Made by a program: the position numbers and the translations under genes. The notes beneath the pieces were generated by a model that saw only the letters and a list, made by a program, of their open reading frames with translations, did no database searches and was not told the origin of the DNA. Positions 1 to 6,266 of a stretch of DNA of 14,938 nucleotides are shown here, one piece after another. Numbering within the stretch: the first letter of the stretch is position 1; each line of letters begins with the position of its first letter. The DNA lies in the NCBI GenBank assembly GCA_023136205.1, contig JAGLRQ010000056.1, forward strand, positions 1-14,938, read 5' to 3'. This DNA comes from Candidatus Auribacterota bacterium (GTDB lineage Bacteria > Auribacterota > UBA6266).

Positions 1-481
1 TTAAATTGGAAACACGCCTGGAATCGTACACATCAAAATTAACCGGTGTCTTATCGTAAAGATTTTGAAAGTGTTCAAAGGTTATTTCAAGATTTTTTAA
101 TACGCCTTCACGAATAGCAATTGAGGGTACAACAATTACGAACTTTTTAAATCCGTATTTTTTATTCAGCTCGTAAATAGTGCGGAGATATACATAAGTT
201 TTTCCGGTTCCTGTTTCCATTTCAATGGAAAAATTCATTCCGTCCAGTTTTTCAGTAGTGGTCAAATCATTCTTTTTTTGGATTTCCAGAATATTTTTAA
301 GAATCTGTTCTTCGCTTATTTCCAACTGATTGCCGACACCACCGTCCTGAAGCATGTAATTTTCACTACTTATCGAAAAACTGAAATCGCCCTGGTTTAA
401 AGGCTGTCCTTCAAATATATCGACAATGGAGTTTATCGCATCGTGTTGAAATAGCTGGTTTGGGTCAAAGTGGAGTTTCAA
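1..481 (-). CDS. res: Type III restriction enzyme Res subunit (SF2 helicase-nuclease); N-terminal 160 codons only, gene continues past the left window edge
   Basis: I translated the minus strand from TTG at 481..479: (M)KLHFDPNQLFQHDAINSIVDIFEGQPLNQGDF...MNFSIEMETGTGKTYVYLRTIYELNKKYGFKKFVIVVPSIAIREGVLKNLEITFEHFQNLYDKTPVNFDVYDSRRVSNL. The frame stays open to position 2. Walker A (METGTGKT) lies at 197..220. The N-terminal KLxFDxNQ..Q.DAI...V..F.GQP string and EMETGTGKTYVYLRTI are what I recognise from type III Res (ResIII/COG3587) proteins. It is absent from the ORF track because it runs off the edge. Confidence 0.85.
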   Translation of the reverse strand, partial: MKLHFDPNQLFQHDAINSIVDIFEGQPLNQGDFSFSISSENYMLQDGGVGNQLEISEEQILKNILEIQKKNDLTTTEKLDGMNFSIEMETGTGKTYVYLRTIYELNKKYGFKKFVIVVPSIAIREGVLKNLEITFEHFQNLYDKTPVNFDVYDSRRVSNL

Positions 482-1161
482 TTTGATTTCTCCAAATTTT
501 TTGAAAAATCAAACATTAAATGATACAGTTTTATTTCTTTTCCTTTAACAACTTTATGAGTCGAACAATAAGAATACTTAAATTTTTTAATAAAATTAAC
601 AGGTTTAAGGATTTTTTTTGTATTTGCTTTTTTGAAATTATTTTTTAATAACTTGTTAATGTTTTTAATATTATCAGGGATGTGCATTTGTTCAACAATA
701 AAGCCGATCATACCATTTATACCTTTAGGTGTTAAATATTTAGAGCTTACAAAACGCATAATACCATCCTTAATATAATCCCCATTAAGCCCTGAAGTTC
801 CTGACATATTATTATTATCCAGTCGTTTACACTCAATAATATAATAAGCATCTGTATTTTTAAGACTGTTTTGGCTAAGAATTTTTAAATCAACAAATCC
901 TGAACGCGCATGGTTAATATATTCGGCTGGTTCACAAACGATGTTGTAGTAAAAGTTAATTTTCTTACGCACCGCGTCGTCATTCAAATACTTAGAATAT
1001 AAATCATCACGTATCTTATTTTCGTCATTTGGAAGAACACGAACATTATCTTTTATCATCATCTTATAACAAGCTGTAATTCCAGAAAGAATACTTTGAA
1101 ATTCTATTTCATAAATTTCTGATGAGGGAATAAATAAAGAGGCGTCAAGTATTTTGTCCAT
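478..1161 (-). CDS. Stand-alone PD-(D/E)xK superfamily nuclease-like protein (Mrr-like catalytic core), 227 aa
   Basis: The track ORF is 478..1212. I prefer ATG 1161..1159 (MDKILDAS...) because AAAGAGGTG sits 4-6 nt upstream, whereas the upstream ATGs at 1212/1206/1194 have no such site. The candidate catalytic triad in GFVD-LKILSQNSLKNTDAYYII-ECK-RLD is D91 (889..891), E110 and K112 (826..828), with E77 as a possible first acidic residue. This has the spacing and hydrophobic beta-strand context typical of PD-(D/E)xK enzymes, and the ECKR core resembles the QCKR core of Mrr_cat. No other domain is recognisable. Confidence 0.6.
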   Translation of the reverse strand: MDKILDASLFIPSSEIYEIEFQSILSGITACYKMMIKDNVRVLPNDENKIRDDLYSKYLNDDAVRKKINFYYNIVCEPAEYINHARSGFVDLKILSQNSLKNTDAYYIIECKRLDNNNMSGTSGLNGDYIKDGIMRFVSSKYLTPKGINGMIGFIVEQMHIPDNIKNINKLLKNNFKKANTKKILKPVNFIKKFKYSYCSTHKVVKGKEIKLYHLMFDFSKNLEKSN

Positions 1162-4100
1162 AATACACCTCTTTGCCGGCTTTAAGAATCGCATCCATAA
1201 TTTCATCGACATCTAGATAGGCAATTGCTTTATGCCAGAGTTTTTTTTCATTTGGTTTTATGATATAAAAACCCTTTTTTTCAAAACCGCGAATATCTTT
1301 TTGAACAAACAGGGATTCCGTAACTTTTACGGTACCCAATGATATAATTCTACGCAAAAACTCTTTATTTTTCTTTTCTTTCGGTACAATTAATTGTTTA
1401 TCAGAGGAATTATTTGACACAACCTTAAAAAATACTCCAACAATATTGTTTGTGTGCCATATTTCCGCTTTAAGATGTTTTTCTTTAAATGAATTTTCAA
1501 AACGGGAAAGAAATATCTTTATATATTCTTTTAATAACTTATTGCTAAAAGGAATTGGAGAAAAAAGTTTTTCATATCCCTTGTGCCTCATAATTAGCGG
1601 AATTGTAATATTAATGGCATAATCAACAAGGGCAAGTTCCTGTTTATTTAAATCAAAACTTTTAAATATTTCCTCATTAAGCTGATTTACAAGTTTCTGC
1701 TTTTTTGATTCTATTGTTATTGTGGAAACTTGGGAATTTAATGGCTTTTGTTCTTCTCTGTAAAGACGTTCGGCAATATCTTCAATTTGTTTTACTATTT
1801 TTTCAATTTCAAAATTATCAATATATGGAAATCCCCATTTTTCTTTATCATTCACTTGTTGTTCTATCATGATTCCGACAGTAGAACTTTTTAAAAGAAT
1901 AAAATATGAAAATAAAGATGAATACAATAACCCTGCTAATTTATAATAATTAAGTTCCTTATTGTTCCCTACTGCTTTAATAGACGTTACTTTATCTGTA
2001 AATAATATTTTTCTTTCCAAAGAGATTACTGGAACTGACCTTAAACAAACATCAACAGTTTCCTTTAACAGCAAAACAGGGGGAGTAAAAACTTCTTCCA
2101 CAATCTTTTCATTTTCACGATAAATATATCCAACACACTTTTCAGTCCATTTTTCAAGTTGTGGAATGATAAAGAATGGTTTAATTTGCCCACGTTTATT
2201 TATGTCTAAAAAATCCCATCCAATTAATTCTTTAACATTAACTTTTTTCTTTCCATCTTTTCTTTTTAACCCTTGTTTAACTAAATAATTGTTTTTGTCA
2301 TCAATAATGTTCTCTATAGTTTTATAATCCTTTTTCAATCTACTAATAAAATTAAAATCTAAATAACTACCATAAACCAGCACTTTCCAGAGCCAGTCAT
2401 ACTTCATAAGCCTTTTTTGGACCACTCTTTTAATATCCGTATTTTGTAGAACAAATATCTTAAACAAAGAAAAAAGGCGGTTTGGTTTTAAACAAAGGTG
2501 AATTAATTCGTTTGAAGCCGTATCTTTACCGTATGAGTATCTGAAAAAGAGAATTGCGGCAGGTGCGATGGCTTTATCATTTGATTTATCAAAAATCTCT
2601 CTTCTTCCCGGAGCTAATTCAAAGACTTTATCAATAAAGAAATTATATAAAAAATATTTTCTAAATTTCTCCGCATTGAGATTATATAAGGTCTTACTGG
2701 AAACAATTAAAGCGCATTTTGTCTTCTCACTGCTAAAATCGCTAGTTCTTAAAAGGAAAGCTTGCGCTATTTCCTTATTGCTAGTTACACATTCATAACC
2801 ATTATCCTTTTTGTTAGATTCTTTTTGTTTGCGAGTCGTAATGTATTGCAGAAAGGGGTTATCCTGAGATGCTCCGCGTTTCCACGGTGGATTACCGAGA
2901 ATAAAATCAAAATTGTTTTTCCTAAAAAGTGAATTGTATTTTGCATTAGTATCAAAAAAATCAGCTGTATGAAAATTGCTATTTTTCATTAAATTAGGAA
3001 ATTTAAAATCTTCAATATCTTTAGGTTCCTGATAATCAAGCAATGCCAGATAAACGGAAAAAATAGCCACATTAACGGCATCCTTATCTTTGTCAATTCC
3101 AAAGATATTGTTTTCTGCAAGTTGTTTTAAAATGCGTTTAGTAATCTTATTATTGTTCAGGTCCTTATACCTTTCAACAATTCGTCTTAACGCTTCAACT
3201 AGAAAAATGCCTGAGCCACATGCAGGGTCGAGAACTTTACAATTATATTGTTCAGAGTTTTCTTGAAAATATTTTTCGACAGTCTCTGAAAGAATATAAT
3301 CAACAAGAAATTTTGGTGTATAATACGCTCCTTTTTCTGCCTGATTTTCTTTACCAATAAAGTGCTCATACACATTGCTAATAAATTCCACAGGAATTAT
3401 AGAAAAATTATATATATCAAATAGTGATAATTGGCCACTGGATAGTTGTGTTCCCATTAGCAAGTTTTTAAGAACAGAGAATGCTTTTTTGGGAATCTCT
3501 TTTAGCTTGTTATCATTCCGAAGAAATGCTTCGCCGTTAAATTGTCTTCTGAGATATTTGAAGAATTCTATCAGTTTTGCCTTATTATCAAAAAGGTCGC
3601 AAAATTCATTGTTTGTCCATTTTCGCGATTGTCCATCAAATTTAATTCTTACACCACGGTCTATCAAATAGCGGACAAATATGCATTTCCCAATAAGTGC
3701 GTTTGCCAAAGAATCTTTGGTACTATAGTCATTGATGAGACTATCGCGGGCATCCTGGATATTTTCAAGAAGATAAGAATCAACTCGATTCTGCTGTTTA
3801 AGTTTGGCTTGATATTGTTCTAAAGATTTTCCTGTAACAAGCTCGAAATAAGAAAAATTATTAAGGTTTTTACTGTCCTCCAATTTATCTAAAGCAGATT
3901 TATCTTTTAGATAGGAGAATCCATTATATATCTCTATGGAATCGGCTTCATTTATTATGACAATTGGAGTTTCATTGAAATTCCAGATAGCCTTAAAAAG
4001 TTTCTGTTTGTTTAGCGGTGAATCGTAAAATAGAATCAAAGGTTTTTTATCAAAGCAAAAAAAAGCTTCTGGTTTAAGTTTTTTGTCTATTAAATCTTCC

Positions 4101-4201
4101 AACCGTTTCGGTAATTTGCCTTTCCATTGCTCCCCTTTAACGACACAAAGGCCATTCTCATGCGTCATATTTAACTTTTTATAAATTTCTTTTAAGCCCA
4201 T
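1145..4201 (-). CDS. Large gamma-class N6-adenine DNA methyltransferase (Eco57I/type IIG-like architecture), 1018 aa, with ~270-aa N-terminal and ~450-aa C-terminal non-catalytic regions
   Basis: Motifs occur in gamma order. The pre-motif is IPVEFISNVYEHFIG...KGAYYTPKFLVDYI (aa 269-303). Motif I is VLDPACGSGIFL (aa 323-334, nt 3200..3235). Then comes IFGIDKDKDAVNVA. Motif IV is ILGNPPW (aa 434-440, GNPPW at nt 2882..2896). The ATG at 4201 lies 3 nt after the mod stop. The C-terminal half (aa ~560-1018) is presumably the target-recognition region. In the N-terminal ~120 aa (..KPLILFYDSP..IWNFNETPIVIINEADSIEIYNGF..) I can see no D...ExK signature. Confidence 0.85.
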   Translation of the reverse strand: MGLKEIYKKLNMTHENGLCVVKGEQWKGKLPKRLEDLIDKKLKPEAFFCFDKKPLILFYDSPLNKQKLFKAIWNFNETPIVIINEADSIEIYNGFSYLKDKSALDKLEDSKNLNNFSYFELVTGKSLEQYQAKLKQQNRVDSYLLENIQDARDSLINDYSTKDSLANALIGKCIFVRYLIDRGVRIKFDGQSRKWTNNEFCDLFDNKAKLIEFFKYLRRQFNGEAFLRNDNKLKEIPKKAFSVLKNLLMGTQLSSGQLSLFDIYNFSIIPVEFISNVYEHFIGKENQAEKGAYYTPKFLVDYILSETVEKYFQENSEQYNCKVLDPACGSGIFLVEALRRIVERYKDLNNNKITKRILKQLAENNIFGIDKDKDAVNVAIFSVYLALLDYQEPKDIEDFKFPNLMKNSNFHTADFFDTNAKYNSLFRKNNFDFILGNPPWKRGASQDNPFLQYITTRKQKESNKKDNGYECVTSNKEIAQAFLLRTSDFSSEKTKCALIVSSKTLYNLNAEKFRKYFLYNFFIDKVFELAPGRREIFDKSNDKAIAPAAILFFRYSYGKDTASNELIHLCLKPNRLFSLFKIFVLQNTDIKRVVQKRLMKYDWLWKVLVYGSYLDFNFISRLKKDYKTIENIIDDKNNYLVKQGLKRKDGKKKVNVKELIGWDFLDINKRGQIKPFFIIPQLEKWTEKCVGYIYRENEKIVEEVFTPPVLLLKETVDVCLRSVPVISLERKILFTDKVTSIKAVGNNKELNYYKLAGLLYSSLFSYFILLKSSTVGIMIEQQVNDKEKWGFPYIDNFEIEKIVKQIEDIAERLYREEQKPLNSQVSTITIESKKQKLVNQLNEEIFKSFDLNKQELALVDYAINITIPLIMRHKGYEKLFSPIPFSNKLLKEYIKIFLSRFENSFKEKHLKAEIWHTNNIVGVFFKVVSNNSSDKQLIVPKEKKNKEFLRRIISLGTVKVTESLFVQKDIRGFEKKGFYIIKPNEKKLWHKAIAYLDVDEIMDAILKAGKEVYYGQNT

Positions 4202-4204
4202 GTC

Positions 4205-6061
4205 TCACACCGCCTTAAATTCAATCTCCGCATCTTTCATCTGCAATGCGGTATTGGTTTTTAATTGGTCATTCTTGTTAAATAGACGATCAAGTGTGAT
4301 TACTTTCTGAGGTTTTACACCAATAACCGTTTCAATGATTTTCTTATCAACCTTCTCAAGGATTAAAGCAATTTCATTGTTATTTACAAGATCAAACCCA
4401 CTCTTTTTTTCAATCTTTGCGGTAAGAGGAATCCCAGATTTTAAAAGCAGTTCGTAAAGGACATCTTCTGTCTTTGAGTTTTCATCCAAAGATTCAAGGT
4501 GTTGTTGTAATTGCTCTACAAGCTGTTCCTCGTTTTCAATTTTTGTCCGCCATATTTTAAAATTTGATTCTTGTAATTTAAATACCTTAAACCCCAAGTC
4601 CTGTTTATCGGCGTTGCCATCCAAATCAAGTTTGCCTCCCTGTTCTTCGTTGATTTTTTTAATTACACGGCGAATGCGCTCTTTGCCAATTTCGGAAATT
4701 GTTTTGTATCCGGCTTTAAAAGCTTCGGATTTTTCATCGCATTTTTCAGGAAGTTGAACCATTATGAATTTACGATTACCGCCATCTTTTTTGTTGAGGT
4801 CAAGAACAGCGTGGGCAGTTGTTGCAGAGCCAGAAAAGAAATCGAGGATTATGTCATCATTATTGGTTCCTATATGAAGGGCTCTTTTTAACAATCTTAC
4901 AGGTTTGGGTGTATCAAAATATGATTCTCCATCAAATATTTTTTTTACTTCTTGTTGTGCTTCTTGATTGTGGCCTACATCGGTATATTTCCATATAGTT
5001 AAAGGAACTATACCATCCTGAACATCTGACAAAAACCTTTTTAATTGGGGAATAGAGTTCCCATCTTTCCCAAACCAAATACAATTATTCCCAACTAGTT
5101 CTTCAAATTTTTCTTTTGACACTCCCCAACTCCTCCCTTTAGGAGGAAACACTTTTCTGCCACTAGGTGTAATTATTTCATAAATATCTTTTTCAGTAAT
5201 CCTTTTTGCAGATAAATCGCTCGTTTTCCAGACACCTCTTGGGTCATTATCAGGATTTTTATATCTTGCATTAGCCTCCTCTGAACGTGATAAGAGATAT
5301 GGTCGCCAAATTTCCTTATTTTTTGAATAAATCAACATATAATCATGATTGTCCGAAAACCATTTCGCATCATTTTGTGGTGAATATTTTTTCTCCCAGA
5401 TTATATTTGCAACAAAGTTTTCCTCCCCAAATACCTCATTCATCAAAAGCCGCAAATTATGTACTTCATTATCATCAATACTCACAAAAATCACTCCGTC
5501 ATCCCGCAGTAAATTTCTCGCAAGAAACAATCTCGGATACATCATGGAAAGCCAATTGCTATGATAATGCCCGCTGTCCCTGCTGTTTTTTCTAAACAAA
5601 CCTTCTCTTGTCATAAATCCGGTTTCATCTTTATCGCCGATTCTGTTTAAATATTCTTCTTTGGTTTCTGAAAATTTATCGGGATAAATAAAATTGTCAT
5701 TACCTGTGTTGTATGGCGGATCAATATATATCATTTTGATTTTGCCAAAATAGGATTTTTGTAACACTTTTAGAACCTCAAGATTTTCTCCTTCAATAAA
5801 AATATTTCCGGTTGCATCAAAATTAATAGATTCTTCTTTTGCGGGAACAAGGGTCGCAGTAGTGGAAGATTGCAAAACACGAAAAGCATCGGATTTCCCC
5901 GCCCAGTTCAAAACATAACGTTCATTTTTGAATTCTATATCATCACCCAAAGCGGCTTTCAGCTTTTCCCAGTCAATCTTGTCTTCGGTAAATGCTTCGG
6001 GAATAATTTCTTTGAGCTTATGCAGTTTTTCGTCAGTTATGTTAAGTGATTTCCCATCCAT
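4205..6061 (-). CDS. mod: Type III restriction-modification Mod subunit (beta-class N6-adenine DNA methyltransferase), 618 aa
   Basis: Motif IV is MIYIDPPYNTG (DPPY at nt 5711..5722). About 290 aa downstream is motif I, IILDFFSGSATTAHAV (nt 4817..4843). This is the circularly permuted IV..TRD..I order of beta-class/type III Mod enzymes. Also typical are the N-terminal LNWAGK..A and ENLEVLK strings and the C-terminal FKVFKL tail. Confidence 0.9.
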   Translation of the reverse strand: MDGKSLNITDEKLHKLKEIIPEAFTEDKIDWEKLKAALGDDIEFKNERYVLNWAGKSDAFRVLQSSTTATLVPAKEESINFDATGNIFIEGENLEVLKVLQKSYFGKIKMIYIDPPYNTGNDNFIYPDKFSETKEEYLNRIGDKDETGFMTREGLFRKNSRDSGHYHSNWLSMMYPRLFLARNLLRDDGVIFVSIDDNEVHNLRLLMNEVFGEENFVANIIWEKKYSPQNDAKWFSDNHDYMLIYSKNKEIWRPYLLSRSEEANARYKNPDNDPRGVWKTSDLSAKRITEKDIYEIITPSGRKVFPPKGRSWGVSKEKFEELVGNNCIWFGKDGNSIPQLKRFLSDVQDGIVPLTIWKYTDVGHNQEAQQEVKKIFDGESYFDTPKPVRLLKRALHIGTNNDDIILDFFSGSATTAHAVLDLNKKDGGNRKFIMVQLPEKCDEKSEAFKAGYKTISEIGKERIRRVIKKINEEQGGKLDLDGNADKQDLGFKVFKLQESNFKIWRTKIENEEQLVEQLQQHLESLDENSKTEDVLYELLLKSGIPLTAKIEKKSGFDLVNNNEIALILEKVDKKIIETVIGVKPQKVITLDRLFNKNDQLKTNTALQMKDAEIEFKAV

Positions 6062-6155
6062 ATTGCTTTTATCCCTTTATTCTTTTCCTCTGCCCTCAAT
6101 TAGTAAAATTTCGTATTTTTTGCTAACCGGTTTATTAATCTAAAATCTAAAGCCT

Positions 6156-6184
6156 ATTCTATCTTTTCTTTGGCTTTTCTTCAA
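6156..6184 (-). promoter_or_regulatory. Candidate sigma70-type promoter for the mod-MTase-nuclease-res operon
   Basis: The minus strand reads TTGAAG (6184..6179), a 17-nt spacer, then TAGAAT (6161..6156). This is ~95 nt upstream of the mod ATG. A weak purine-rich AAGGGA lies ~11 nt before the ATG. The call rests on sequence pattern only, and the host promoter consensus is unknown. Confidence 0.4.
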
Positions 6185-6206
6185 CTGTTTGCTGTAAATG
6201 TATTAG

Positions 6207-6260
6207 AAAATAGGGACAGTCCACCCGCTCGCTGCGCTCGCTTGGGACTTTCCCTATTTT
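6207..6260 (-). terminator. Intrinsic (potentially bidirectional) terminator hairpin immediately downstream of murJ
   Basis: AAAATAGGGACAGTCC (6207..6222) pairs with GGACTTTCCCTATTTT (6245..6260). That gives a 16-bp stem with one C/T mismatch around a 22-nt GC-rich loop (ACCCGCTCGCTGCGCTCGCTTG). An A-tract and a T-tract flank the G/C core, so a U-run follows the stem on either strand. It begins 7 nt after the murJ TAA (6267..6269). Confidence 0.55.
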
Positions 6261-6266
6261 CCGGAT

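Noticed and set aside
1162-1212. The track ORF 478..1212 gives the small nuclease a 17-codon N-terminal extension (MSMKLWMRFLKPAKRCI).
   Set aside because: The extension would overlap the MTase gene by 68 nt, and none of its ATGs has an SD. ATG 1161 is preceded by AAGAGGTG at proper spacing. I cannot exclude the longer form without experimental data.
4057-4064. Homopolymer tracts might act as phase-variation switches. There is an A8 at 4057..4064 (codons 46-49 of the 1018-aa MTase), T8 at 1241..1248 and 612..619, and T7 runs in mod (4404..4410, 4654..4660).
   Set aside because: Type III mod genes are classic phase-variable loci. However, known phasevarions use longer homopolymers or multi-copy tetra/pentanucleotide repeats. 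Runs of 7-8 A/T are expected by chance in genes that are ~28-37% GC. A T9 also occurs in housekeeping tatD (12912..12920). Only read-level length heterogeneity in the sequencing data could revive this idea.
6062-6266. I looked for mobility hallmarks at the island boundary: att-like direct repeats, a tRNA target, or integrase/transposase remnants.
   Set aside because: I found only a trivial tandem ATCTAAA x2 (around 6138..6151) and the terminator hairpin. No tRNA, no IS ends and no recombinase ORF lie in the window. The other island boundary is outside the window, so no mobility mechanism can be claimed.
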